DNA from: an uncultured Candidatus Saccharibacteria bacterium | Lineage (GTDB): Bacteria; Patescibacteriota; Minisyncoccia; Phycocordibacterales; UBA5272 | DNA: 64,000 nucleotides | Reading direction: 5' to 3' | Assembly (NCBI GenBank): GCA_964546555.1 | Contig: CAZJJX010000002.1 | Span: 16,263-80,262, forward strand | Shown: in pieces, positions 45,663-55,269 of the stretch | How positions within the stretch are numbered: the first letter of the stretch is position 1 | Layout: each line of letters opens with the position of its first letter | The notes under the pieces: generated by a model | Told to the model about the DNA's origin: nothing | The model's input: the letters and a program-made list of their open reading frames with translations, nothing else | The model's database searches: none | Translations under genes and position numbers: made by a program

Positions 45663-45902
45663 ATGTCTTCTGATAATGCTTCCCCAAAAAACAGGGAACA
45701 TGTCGTTCCTTTGACTTCAGAAGAAAAATTGTGGTATTCAGCTTTGTTTGTTGGGAAGTACACGTGTCCAACATGTCGTGTGCTTATTCCGGTTATGAAT
45801 AATCATGGGATAGAAGGTGACACAAAAAGTGATTATTTTACTCGCCACAAAAAGATAGGTACATCACTTCTGTGTGATTACTCCTTACAGCCTATTGCGT
45901 AA
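45663..45902 (+). CDS. hypothetical small protein with CPTC motif
   Basis: GGAGG RBS before ATG 45663. Confidence 0.35.
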   Translation: MSSDNASPKNREHVVPLTSEEKLWYSALFVGKYTCPTCRVLIPVMNNHGIEGDTKSDYFTRHKKIGTSLLCDYSLQPIA

Positions 45903-46027
45903 CCTCATCTGTGCTAGGAGACTCCACCAAAAAGGTTTTTGTGTACGGACCAATCACGCTTATCTGTGATTGGTTTTTTTTTATGCTTTGCTGTAATCTG
46001 CTATAATGTCTTCACTATAATCTAATT

Positions 46028-47923
46028 ATGCAAAAGATGAAATTCCCAAAACTTACTAAGCAGTCCAAACAACAAAAGGAAGATCAGTCTTCCCAGGCAA
46101 AACCAACAAGCTTTGCTCAACAACTTTTTGGAGTTTTTATTATCTTCATGTTTTTGTCATGGGGGTACTCAATTATTAGCGAAAAGAAGGCGACACCAGT
46201 TGTGCCTATTTCAGAGTTCGCACAAAAGGTTGCAACACGAGAAATCGTGGCTATTGATGTAGAAGGGAGCTCTCTTACTGGGAAAAAAGCAGACGATACA
46301 AAAATAGTGACTAAGAAAGAAGATGGAGCGTCTGTATTTTCAACACTCTCTGCATATGGGGTTAGTACAAGCACCCTTGCAACAACGACAATAACTATTT
46401 CTTCTGATAGGGGTGCATCTTTTTGGGTTTCACTTATTCCAATTATCCTCCCGATCCTTTTCCTTGCGTTTATGATTTGGTGGTTAGCTCGTGGCATCAA
46501 AGGTGCGAATGTACAAGCGCTTTCATTTGGTCAGTCTCGTGCAAAAGTTATTTATCCAGATGACACAAAAGAAAAAATTCTTTTCAAGGACGTGGCTGGT
46601 GCAAAAGAAGCAAAAGAAGAACTGGAAGAAATCGTAGAGTTTTTGCGTGCGCCAAAGAAGTTTACTGATATTGGTGCAGAGATTCCAAAAGGTGTCCTTC
46701 TTATGGGTGCACCAGGAACAGGTAAGACTATGCTTGCTCGTGCTGTGGCTGGGGAGGCAGGAGTGCCGTTCTTCCATTTATCTGGATCGGAGTTCGAAGA
46801 GATGTTTGTTGGTGTCGGGGCATCACGCGTGCGTGATCTTTTCGATATGGCAAAGAAAGCCGCACCTGCAATCATCTTCATTGATGAAATAGATGCGGTT
46901 GGACGAAGTAGATCTACAACAATAGGTGGGCAAGGAGAAGCTCGCGAACAGACACTCAATCAGATACTTGTAGAGATGGATGGATTCGAGCCAACAATGA
47001 ATCTCATTGTTATGGCGGCAACGAACCGTCCTGACGTGCTCGATAAAGCACTACTTCGTCCTGGACGTTTTGATCGTCGAGTGACACTTGATCTTCCTGA
47101 TCGTAATGATCGTGAAGAGATTCTTTCTGTTCATATAAAGTCTAAGCCACTTGCAGAAGACGTGAATCTTAAGGTAATCGCAGAAAGAACACCAGGGTTT
47201 TCTGGTGCAGATCTGTATTCTCTTATGAACGAAAGTGCGATCTTAGCTGCGCGAGAAGGTCGCAAGTCTGTTGCGCAGTATGATCTTATTCGCTCTATCG
47301 AAAAGGTGATGCTTGGTCCAGAGCGAAAGAGTCATGTTCTTTCTGATAAAGAAAAGAAGTTAACGGCATATCACGAAGCAGGACATGCTCTTGTCGCATC
47401 AGTATTGCCTGATGCTGATCCTGTGCATAAGATATCTATTATTGCTCGCGGTAATGCCGGAGGATACACACTTAAGCTCCCACTTGATGACAGGCGACTC
47501 ATGAGTCGTGCGACGTTTTTGGATGATATTGCAATGTCACTTGGTGGATATGTAGCAGAAAAAGAAATCTTTGGAGACATTACTACGGGACCATCAAATG
47601 ATCTAGAGGTTGCGTCCAAGATGGCTCGTCAGATGGTGATGCGATACGGTATGAGTACACTTGGGCCGATTGCTTTTGATGCGCGCAATGAGACACTTTT
47701 AGGAACTAAGGAATACAGCGAAGAATATGCACAGAAGATTGACGATGAAGTAAAGCGCATCATGGATGAGGCGTGGAATAGAGCACGGCTTATCATTACC
47801 GACAAACGGCATGTGCTCACAGCGATAGCAGAGGAGCTTATGCGTGTTGAGAATATCGAGCGTGAAGAGTTTGAGAAGCTTCTTGTTTTACACGGTATCG
47901 CACCAAAGAAGAAAGAGATGTAA
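46028..47923 (+). CDS. ftsH: ATP-dependent zinc metalloprotease FtsH
   Basis: Walker A 'GAPGTGKT', SRH region, 'HEAGHAL' zinc-binding motif, two N-terminal TMs. Confidence 0.9.
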   Translation: MQKMKFPKLTKQSKQQKEDQSSQAKPTSFAQQLFGVFIIFMFLSWGYSIISEKKATPVVPISEFAQKVATREIVAIDVEGSSLTGKKADDTKIVTKKEDGASVFSTLSAYGVSTSTLATTTITISSDRGASFWVSLIPIILPILFLAFMIWWLARGIKGANVQALSFGQSRAKVIYPDDTKEKILFKDVAGAKEAKEELEEIVEFLRAPKKFTDIGAEIPKGVLLMGAPGTGKTMLARAVAGEAGVPFFHLSGSEFEEMFVGVGASRVRDLFDMAKKAAPAIIFIDEIDAVGRSRSTTIGGQGEAREQTLNQILVEMDGFEPTMNLIVMAATNRPDVLDKALLRPGRFDRRVTLDLPDRNDREEILSVHIKSKPLAEDVNLKVIAERTPGFSGADLYSLMNESAILAAREGRKSVAQYDLIRSIEKVMLGPERKSHVLSDKEKKLTAYHEAGHALVASVLPDADPVHKISIIARGNAGGYTLKLPLDDRRLMSRATFLDDIAMSLGGYVAEKEIFGDITTGPSNDLEVASKMARQMVMRYGMSTLGPIAFDARNETLLGTKEYSEEYAQKIDDEVKRIMDEAWNRARLIITDKRHVLTAIAEELMRVENIEREEFEKLLVLHGIAPKKKEM

Positions 47924-48055
47924 GAAAGGGGGGTGATGGGGAAGAAATAAGGGTGGAGGCGAAGCCTCCACCCTTATTTCTTCCCCATAGAAACATTTGC
48001 TATTTTTTGCTATAGTACAGTAACAAAATAGTAAGTAACGTCGTATCAGCAAAGT

Positions 48056-48128
48056 GCATCCATAGCTCAGTTGGTAGAGCCGTCGTCTTATACACGACTG
48101 GTCCCTGGTTCGAGTCCAGGTGGATGCA
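48056..48128 (+). tRNA. tRNA-Ile, anticodon UAU (reads AUA); CCA not encoded
   Basis: Cloverleaf by hand: acceptor GCATCCA/TGGATGC, D GCTC/GAGC, anticodon stem GTCGT/ACGAC with loop CTTATAC (U33, anticodon TAT, A37), T arm CCTGG-TTCGAGT-CCAGG, discriminator A. Confidence 0.75.
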
Positions 48129-48173
48129 CTTTGGGGATAAGGTGCGAATGAAATCAAAATACGATGTAGTATA
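48117..48173 (+). repeat. 57-bp direct repeat, copy 1 (includes tRNA 3' end)
   Basis: 'CAGGTGGATGCACTTTGGGGATAAGGTGCGAATGAAATCAAAATACGATGTAGTATA'. Confidence 0.8.
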
Positions 48174-48226
48174 CACGACTGATTCTTTGTTCTCGTTTTT
48201 ATGGCCAAGCCATGAATCTGCTGATT

Positions 48227-48283
48227 CAGGTGGATGCACTTTGGGGATAAGGTACGAATGAAATCAATTTACGATGAAGTATA
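48227..48283 (+). repeat. 57-bp direct repeat, copy 2 (degenerate copy of tRNA 3' half + flank)
   Basis: 'CAGGTGGATGCACTTTGGGGATAAGGTACGAATGAAATCAATTTACGATGAAGTATA'; preceded by 'TATACACGACTG' echoing the tRNA anticodon arm. Confidence 0.8.
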
Positions 48284-48446
48284 AATGACCAACTTGAGTC
48301 ATCTGTTGATTTTGTAATACGTAATGGTATTTGTGTTGTAATTTTTTATATCCGCTTTACAAGCATGCTTTCAAGGAGTAGCATAGAGAGAGTGCTTCTT
48401 AAAAAGAGAAGTGCTGATCTCTAATCTACAACTAAGGAGATTCAGG

Positions 48447-48809
48447 ATGGCAGATACAACACAAGGCAACTCTCACATCATTGAGAGCTGCTGGCAAACT
48501 GGCAAAGGAGAACAAGATCTTGGCTCACAACAAGACAAAACTTCTACAACACAGAATCCATGCAGGCGAGTGCTTCCTGGAAGTACTGACTGCCGTGGAC
48601 AAATTGAAAAGAGTAAATGTGTTTTTCAACAAGTAGGTGAACATGCTTCGTGTGCAGGTCTGATTCATTCAGCGGGGGCCAACACTGAACAAGCAAAACA
48701 TTTTTTTCGTGTGAAGCGTCTCGAAGACTATCGTTCTACAGAGCAAGGTCTTGGACATCTTTCAAACAAAAGAGCATTACATTCTTCGCCGGTCCCGCTT
48801 AGGGAGTAG
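48447..48809 (+). CDS. hypothetical Cys-rich small protein
   Basis: AAGGAGA RBS before ATG 48447; followed by terminator 48828-48853. Confidence 0.35.
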   Translation: MADTTQGNSHIIESCWQTGKGEQDLGSQQDKTSTTQNPCRRVLPGSTDCRGQIEKSKCVFQQVGEHASCAGLIHSAGANTEQAKHFFRVKRLEDYRSTEQGLGHLSNKRALHSSPVPLRE

Positions 48810-48827
48810 GTGCATATCTGGTGCCAC

Positions 48828-48853
48828 AAAGTCGCGCAAAGCGCGACTTTTTG
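48828..48853. terminator. rho-independent terminator
   Basis: GTCGCGC-AAA-GCGCGAC + TTTTTG. Confidence 0.6.
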
Positions 48854-48889
48854 TATGCATCTACATGTACAGTTTAATGAACTATGGAT

Positions 48890-51112
48890 CTACTCCATAT
48901 GTACTTTTTCCTTTGCATCGATTGTGTTCTTTAGAAGTTCGTGATGTTCCAAAGTAGGATCTTGCTCGACGAGTTTTTTTGCTTCTTGTTGAGCAATATC
49001 TACGAGCTTCGGATTTTTGATTGCTTCCATTGCCAGATCACTTACGCCCCATTGTTTACCATCAAAGAGAGTCCCTATACCGCGTGTGAGCATATCTTGT
49101 TCAGCAAGCTCAAAGCCATTCTTTGCATGTACAAGCGCTTTGAGTCGTGTGTACGTGGTCTCTCCGGTGCTTTCGGTAAAGAGATAACAATATGACTGGT
49201 GCTCTGCTCTTCCTACTCGTCCACGAAGCTGATGGAGTTGCGCAAGTCCGAACCTGTCAGCATGTTCAATAATAATAACTGTTGCGTTTGGGACATTAAC
49301 ACCAACCTCAACAACAGATGTCGCAACCAAGATGTCAGATTTTTTGTCCAAGAAATCTTGCATCACTTCTTCTTTTTCTTCTTTCTTCATTTTGCTATGT
49401 AAAATATCGACAACGAATTCAGGAAAGATCTGGTGTGCGAGTCTGTCTGCTTCTTCTTTGACGCTCTTGAGAATTCTCTTTTGACGCTCTTCCTCATCTT
49501 GCTCATCGATGCGTGGGCAAATAACGTACACTTGTCTCCCAGATTGAAGTTCTTTGCGTACATGCTCATACATCTCACTTCGCTTACTGCTTTTGATTAT
49601 CTCTGTAATAATTTTTTTACGATTCTTCGGCATCGCATCAATAACAGTAAGGTCAAGATCTCCAAACATGGTAAGTGCAAGTGTACGAGGGATAGGGGTT
49701 GCTGTCATTGATAGGAGGTGAGGGATCGTGGAAGCATCGTTTCCGCTTGCAAGTGCTTTTCTTTGCTTTACCCCAAATCTATGTTGTTCATCAATAATGA
49801 CAAGGGCTAATTGTTCGAACTTAACACTCTTTTGAATAAGAGCATGAGTTCCAATGACAATTGATATCTTCCCATCTTTTATCCATGTAAGAAGCTGAGC
49901 GCGTGAGATTGAGGTTGAGTCATCATTTGTTTTGCTCGGGAACTTCTTACACCCATTTCCAGTAAGTAACCCGATCTCAATCCCTGTTCCTTTGAAATAA
50001 CTAACAAAGCTTTCAAAATGTTGTTTGGCAAGAATTTCAGTTGGAGCCATGTATGCAACTTGTAAGCGTTTACCATGTGTGGTTGCTCTATGACGTAGCA
50101 CAGCATGAGCAACAACCGCTGCAACAAACGTCTTACCACTACCAACATCACCCTCAAGTAGGCGTCCCATAGGCGTGCCGCTTCCCATATCTTCAAGAAT
50201 TGTCTTAATTGCCTGATTTTGAGCATCTGTTGGGGTGAAAGGGAATGTTCCAATAAACTTTTTCATTTCTTTAGTGTCTGTGGTGATAGTATAAGCATGT
50301 TCATTTTTAGCGGCTGCCTTTTCTTTGTGTTGTTTAACCTGAAGATGAAAAATTTCTTCGAATGCAAATCGTTTTCGTGCTGCAATTGTAAGATCTTCAG
50401 ATTTTGGAAAATGAATATAGAGTAGCGCCTCACGAAGTGTGGGCAAGTGTAGACGCTTACAGAGTTCTTGAGGAAGTGTGTCTTCTACAAAATCAAGAAT
50501 ATTTGTAGCGAGGGCTTTCTTAAGAAGGCTCTGGATGTAGAGCGATGTAACACCTTTTGTTTCTGGATAAATAGGGGTTAGCAGGGACATGTCTTTTTTA
50601 TTCAGTGATTTCCCTGCATCTGTTTCTCTTTGTTCTGCCATTGTTGTAAAGAGGGATTCTCCGCTTTCGGGAATGATAGATACTTTTTCAATGCTTGGGT
50701 TTGAAAGAAATATTCCTTTACTGTCTTCTTGGACGATTCCTGACACGCGAACCTTTGTGCCATCAGGGTACATCTTGCCAATATATGCTTGGTTAAACCA
50801 GATGCATCTGATGTGACCTGTGTTATCTACAACACGTGCTTCAGTCATTGGAATATGCCCTCGGAAACTTCTTCGGACTGCAACTTTTTCCATGATACCG
50901 TAGAGTACGATTGACTGACCTTTTGTAAGGTTTGTAGCACCTGTCATACCTTCCATGTTTACATAGCGTAATGGAAAATGTCTAAGAAGTTCCTCGATTG
51001 TTGTAATGTGCAGTCGAAGTAATCCAGCTTTATGATCAGAGGATAGACGGGTGAGAGACTCAAGAGATGATCTAAGGTTATAGGTATTAGGTTGTAGGTT
51101 TAAAGGGTTCAT
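48890..51112 (-). CDS. recG: ATP-dependent DNA helicase RecG
   Basis: Wedge/OB N-domain, 'GDVGSGKTFVAAV' Walker A, 'DEQHRFGV' DEQH box, helicase C motifs 'LHSKMKKEEKE', 'TSVVEVGVNVPNA', 'QLRGRVGR'. Confidence 0.85.
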   Translation of the reverse strand: MNPLNLQPNTYNLRSSLESLTRLSSDHKAGLLRLHITTIEELLRHFPLRYVNMEGMTGATNLTKGQSIVLYGIMEKVAVRRSFRGHIPMTEARVVDNTGHIRCIWFNQAYIGKMYPDGTKVRVSGIVQEDSKGIFLSNPSIEKVSIIPESGESLFTTMAEQRETDAGKSLNKKDMSLLTPIYPETKGVTSLYIQSLLKKALATNILDFVEDTLPQELCKRLHLPTLREALLYIHFPKSEDLTIAARKRFAFEEIFHLQVKQHKEKAAAKNEHAYTITTDTKEMKKFIGTFPFTPTDAQNQAIKTILEDMGSGTPMGRLLEGDVGSGKTFVAAVVAHAVLRHRATTHGKRLQVAYMAPTEILAKQHFESFVSYFKGTGIEIGLLTGNGCKKFPSKTNDDSTSISRAQLLTWIKDGKISIVIGTHALIQKSVKFEQLALVIIDEQHRFGVKQRKALASGNDASTIPHLLSMTATPIPRTLALTMFGDLDLTVIDAMPKNRKKIITEIIKSSKRSEMYEHVRKELQSGRQVYVICPRIDEQDEEERQKRILKSVKEEADRLAHQIFPEFVVDILHSKMKKEEKEEVMQDFLDKKSDILVATSVVEVGVNVPNATVIIIEHADRFGLAQLHQLRGRVGRAEHQSYCYLFTESTGETTYTRLKALVHAKNGFELAEQDMLTRGIGTLFDGKQWGVSDLAMEAIKNPKLVDIAQQEAKKLVEQDPTLEHHELLKNTIDAKEKVHME
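51073..51098. repeat. 26-bp inverted repeat, left arm (overlaps first codons of recG)
   Basis: 'AGGTTATAGGTATTAGGTTGTAGGTT' = reverse complement of 51481-51506 with 1 mismatch (G.U in plus-strand RNA). Confidence 0.8.
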
Positions 51113-51468
51113 TTTATTATGTTAATTTATGAATCATTGAATTTAGCATTTTCATTATTTCGATGAGTTTATTATTTAGTTCATCGTACTTATCTTTCCC
51201 CAGGTATCCCTAGATCTTTAGAAAAAAGTAATTGGGTTTCAATCTCTGCGCTTGAACCATATGCCATAATAATAAAAGACCGGTAATCTTTTCTCGTTCC
51301 CCGTTTACTTCCTTCCGCAATATTTGAAGGTATTGAAAGTGATGCCCTTCGTAGTTGTGATACTAGTCCATATTTTTCATCAGCTGGAAAATTTTTTGTT
51401 ACTGAATATACCTCAAGACCAAATTTGTATGATTGTTGCCAGACAGTAAGTTCTTTGTACGATGTCAT
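51112..51468 (-). pseudogene. four-helix-bundle (Avd-like/TIGR02436) gene, second copy, interrupted by +1 frameshift near 51205
   Basis: 'SQLRRASLSIPSNIAEGSKRGT...GSSAEIETQLLFSKDLG' in one frame, conserved C-terminal helix 'YLGKDKYDELNNKLIEIMKMLNSMIHKLT' in the next frame; an extra A after GGG restores it. Confidence 0.65.
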
Positions 51469-51480
51469 TTTGTATTTTAT

Positions 51481-51507
51481 AACCTACAACTTAATACCTA
51501 TAACCTT
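51481..51507. repeat. 26-bp inverted repeat, right arm
   Basis: 'AACCTACAACTTAATACCTATAACCT' followed by GCTTTTTTG. Confidence 0.8.
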
Positions 51508-51516
51508 GCTTTTTTG

Positions 51517-51888
51517 TTACCTAAACTGTGCTGCACGTCGTGTATAGATGATAAGCGCAAGGGTGACCAAGATAAGCACAAAGAGAAGCATGTTTGCGCT
51601 TGTATAGCTATGCATTGAAAAGTTAATATAGAGTTCCGTTGAGAGGATAAGGAGGACAATGATAAGTGGGAATATCGGTCGAGGCCAAATAAGAATAAGA
51701 AGACCAAGCGCGATGAAGAATGAGTGCCAAAGGGTAAAGGTGATACTTTCTGATATTTGTATAGACTGATTAATGCACTCAAAAAGAGCCATTTTAGCTT
51801 TTTTTACACCAGCGGTAAGTGCTTGTGCATGAGGGTAAATGAAGTAGAGCGCTACTGCAAGTCTAAGAAGATATGGCCAGATAAACAT
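51517..51888 (-). CDS. hypothetical 4-TM membrane protein (DoxX-like, tentative)
   Basis: Four hydrophobic helices; weak family resemblance only. Confidence 0.35.
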   Translation of the reverse strand: MFIWPYLLRLAVALYFIYPHAQALTAGVKKAKMALFECINQSIQISESITFTLWHSFFIALGLLILIWPRPIFPLIIVLLILSTELYINFSMHSYTSANMLLFVLILVTLALIIYTRRAAQFR

Positions 51889-51948
51889 AGGGTTATTATA
51901 TCATGGGTAATAAGGAAGACTACAGATCAGGGGGTATACAGATATTAA

Positions 51949-52064
51949 ATCGCTACCTGTTAGTTGTCAGTTAAATACAATACACGCTACGCGAAGGCTT
52001 TGCCTTCGCGTAATATCCTCTAGTATTTGTCTGTTATCTGTTAGCGTAGCGGTCTGTTTGTCTG
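51949..52064. repeat. MITE-like repeat element copy d (GC hairpin CGCGAAGG-CTTTG-CCTTCGCG + 'TATCTGTTAGCGTAGCGGTCTG')
   Basis: Shares 20-nt motif with copies at 34764, 35583(rc), 35669. Confidence 0.45.
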
Positions 52065-52073
52065 AAATCTTTC

Positions 52074-54248
52074 CTACTGTTCCTCGCTCTTGACTACCTG
52101 TACCCGTTTTGTTTCCTTATTGCCATTACCGCAGTCATAGACGAAGTCTGTCGTGTAATTAATCTTCAGTGTCTTTTTACCAAGCGCTCTCCAGTCTGTG
52201 CCTAGATGTCCAGGTGCTACTGTTTTTATTGCGGTTGTGAGTACACGTGATGTAGCAGGGTCATTCACGTCAGTTGTTGTTGCATTTAAGATAGCATTAA
52301 GTGAGCTTGATGCTGCAAGTTGGAGCGCACTACATGCATTGTTTGCACACACAACACGTGCGTAGAGCATACAACTAGAAGTTGGGTAGACGGTGTCCCA
52401 TGTAAGAGTCGCAGGTTCACCGATAACGATAGAAGGCGGAGTAACATTGAGTGTCACATCAGGTGTTCCTGGCGTTGCGTCGTAATATCGAGTGACTTGG
52501 TCGTAGATGTTGCCGTGCGCACATCGTATAACATAGTTCCCTTCACTTGTTATACCGCCTATCACAACTGGTCCACTATATGATGTTGTAGCAACAAAAA
52601 TTGAATCATTATAGTACACAGCGTAGCTGTCCGTATCTGTGTTGTCACATGTAAGTGTGATCGTTCCAGGAGGGTAGAGCTCACCGTCAACTACAGCACT
52701 GATTACCTGAGGATCTGCACATGCTGAGTTCATACTATCCCATCTATCTGACCCGGTACACGCAACAGTAACATCAGTCCATGGTGTTCCACAATTATTT
52801 GTTTCGTCAGATTCAGTGATTACGCCACCACCTGCTGATGAAGTTTTATCAGTACATAGCCTCACAGAGTACGTACCTGGTCCACCAGGGAACGTGTATG
52901 TTTTATTAATTACTCTACTTCCTCCCGCAGCTAATGTTGATGTGCTGGATGAAGGTAAGTCAGTAATAGTTCCTCCTCCATTTGATTGATCGGCTACCTG
53001 GAAGAAGTTGCTAAATGATCCACCAGTTGAAAATGTTCCACCATTTGTAATGGTTCCAGAGAGTATTGTATCTGTTCCAGGTACAGCAGAAGAAGGTGAT
53101 GCAACTGAAGCGGTAAGGTCTATATATCCTGTACCACATGTTACACCATCCCAAGGTGTAGAAGGGTCACAAACAACAAGTGAACGTGTTGGTGGAGGGG
53201 TTGGGCCGTAGCGTAGACCTAGTGCTGCGTTATCGTATGCGGCAGCTTGGATTGTGTAAGTGCCTGTACCGGCAGGTGTAAACACAAAGTCTAGGGTTTT
53301 ACTTGTTGTTGCAGTAAATGGGGCACGGTTCGCAACCCATCCCCCGTTACTTTGAGTTCCTCCTGTACTTGTTGCAGTGTATCCAGGTATTGCGTATGTG
53401 TTCCATGTCCAGTTACTTATAGGGGCAGGTGCTAGCCAGTCCATGACGAGATTTGTCATGTCACCGTTTGCATCGTACGCTTCCATATGAACATCAACAT
53501 TACCTCCAAGAGTTATACCTGTTTGCGAAACTGTAAAGACTGGAATGGTTGGTAAAGGGTTAACAAGGATAGAAACTGTTGAATATCCATGTCCTAATGT
53601 GTTGTAACATGAAAACATGTAGTCTGTTGATGATGAAAAAGGACTGCTCGGGTTCCAGTCAACACCGTGGGTTGCAAGATAAGTGTCTGTAGCATTAAGG
53701 AGAGTCCATGCAGATGTAAGGTCAGGGTAACGGTAGTACATCCCACACGTATCTGCCCCAACTTCAGTAAACGTTATATGCGATGTCCCTCCAGGTAAAA
53801 CAACGGTCGGCGTTGCAGTAGCTGTAACAACTGGTGGGCCAGCAACACATGTAGTGCCGTTCCAAGAAGAAGACCCAGCAAGATCCCACTTTCCGCAGCA
53901 TCGTGACTGATCAGGGTTTACATTAATTGTATCGCTTGCAGACATACCGTCACAGACAAGTGTTACGGTGCATGTTGCGGCAGGGTAAATAGTAGATGAA
54001 CTTGAAGTATTAGGGGTGATGGTAAAGTTACAAGAAGAGATGGATCCACCGCCTGGAGTTGTGTCATCTGGCGTACATGCACCCGAGGTATTACTTGATG
54101 ACCAGTAAAGTGTTTGAGGTTCTCCTGGGCAAACATCAGAAATAGCAAAAACAGGGACATATGCTAGAAGGGTGAGTGATACTAATGCGAAAGCAAGTAA
54201 CGTTTGACGAAGTGGGTTTCTGTGAGATCTGTGAGAATAGTGCAACAT
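52074..54248 (-). CDS. large secreted/surface Cys-, Thr-, Gly-rich protein (724 aa)
   Basis: N-terminal signal/anchor 'LLAFALVSLTLLAYVPVFA'; low-complexity T/S/G stretches and many Cys. Confidence 0.5.
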   Translation of the reverse strand: MLHYSHRSHRNPLRQTLLAFALVSLTLLAYVPVFAISDVCPGEPQTLYWSSSNTSGACTPDDTTPGGGSISSCNFTITPNTSSSSTIYPAATCTVTLVCDGMSASDTINVNPDQSRCCGKWDLAGSSSWNGTTCVAGPPVVTATATPTVVLPGGTSHITFTEVGADTCGMYYRYPDLTSAWTLLNATDTYLATHGVDWNPSSPFSSSTDYMFSCYNTLGHGYSTVSILVNPLPTIPVFTVSQTGITLGGNVDVHMEAYDANGDMTNLVMDWLAPAPISNWTWNTYAIPGYTATSTGGTQSNGGWVANRAPFTATTSKTLDFVFTPAGTGTYTIQAAAYDNAALGLRYGPTPPPTRSLVVCDPSTPWDGVTCGTGYIDLTASVASPSSAVPGTDTILSGTITNGGTFSTGGSFSNFFQVADQSNGGGTITDLPSSSTSTLAAGGSRVINKTYTFPGGPGTYSVRLCTDKTSSAGGGVITESDETNNCGTPWTDVTVACTGSDRWDSMNSACADPQVISAVVDGELYPPGTITLTCDNTDTDSYAVYYNDSIFVATTSYSGPVVIGGITSEGNYVIRCAHGNIYDQVTRYYDATPGTPDVTLNVTPPSIVIGEPATLTWDTVYPTSSCMLYARVVCANNACSALQLAASSSLNAILNATTTDVNDPATSRVLTTAIKTVAPGHLGTDWRALGKKTLKINYTTDFVYDCGNGNKETKRVQVVKSEEQ

Positions 54249-54567
54249 ATATTTGTAGAGCTGTTACCATTGACTACATTATTTTAGTGTAGCACTAGTT
54301 TTGTATTTGTAAGGTTTTTTTATATAAAAAATGGGGAAAACTCAAAGATTGTTAAATGTAAATGCACTCACCACCTATTGTTTTTCTTTGTGTGAGTACT
54401 TGCAGGAGATAAATAAACCAATATGTGCTTAATGCTTTAAACATAGACAAAACAGTTATATTAAAAGGGTTTTAACAAGTATTGACAAAATAATAATAAA
54501 ATGTAATAATATATAGTGGATTCTTTGTACGTTTCAATCCTCATTTCAAATTTCAGGAGATTTCACC

Positions 54568-55194
54568 ATGAAGAAAATTCTTTCGGTATTCGTTGCTGCA
54601 GTTGTTGTTGCGTTCTCGGTTTCCGTTTTCGCGCAGCAGGCAGTGGCACAAGCCCCGCAAGTTGCAGTGTCAGCAGCAGCTACATCCGACGATGGTAAGA
54701 TTGTCGGTAATGAGAAGATCGCAGCCTTCCTCAAGGAGGAGTTCAAGATTGACTACACTCCGGTGGATGATGGGATGGATTGTGATTCCAAAGCAAAAAC
54801 CCCGACCGTTGGTGCTAAAGTCCCGGAGAATATTTTCTATGTGGTTAATTGTCAGACAGGAGTAAAATCCTCAAATGGTCAGTTGCAGGTCTCGATCGGA
54901 TGGGTTCCGAAAAGTAAAAACAAACTTCATTCACAAATCTTTTTTTCCGTTAACAACGCGATAAGTAATAATGTTTCTTATCGAGTGGATGACAAAGTGG
55001 TTTGCAAGAAAGAAGAGAAAGGTATCACTGGATGTCTCTCAGAGTTTGCAACAAACAAAAATGTTCTTCATACGTACTTTTTTTATATCGGAGATAATGT
55101 ATTTCTGGCTGTTAGTGACCTTTTTTCGAATCAAAAAGAAGAGGCCTACAAAGTCGCTGTAGAGTACTCATCTCGGATTAAATCATTCAAGTGA
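54568..55194 (+). CDS. secreted protein (208 aa) with compositionally distinct 5' third
   Basis: Signal peptide 'ILSVFVAAVVVAFSVSVFAQQAVAQA'; first ~280 nt ~50% GC, remainder AT-rich. Confidence 0.45.
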   Translation: MKKILSVFVAAVVVAFSVSVFAQQAVAQAPQVAVSAAATSDDGKIVGNEKIAAFLKEEFKIDYTPVDDGMDCDSKAKTPTVGAKVPENIFYVVNCQTGVKSSNGQLQVSIGWVPKSKNKLHSQIFFSVNNAISNNVSYRVDDKVVCKKEEKGITGCLSEFATNKNVLHTYFFYIGDNVFLAVSDLFSNQKEEAYKVAVEYSSRIKSFK

Positions 55195-55206
55195 ATTGTT
55201 TTTGTT

Positions 55207-55241
55207 TCAAACCCCCTAGATACAGTCTAGGGGGTTTTGTG
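55207..55241 (+). terminator. rho-independent terminator
   Basis: AACCCCCTAG-ATACAGT-CTAGGGGGTT + TTG. Confidence 0.7.
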
Positions 55242-55269
55242 TATAACTGGTAACTATATTTGTGCATAA

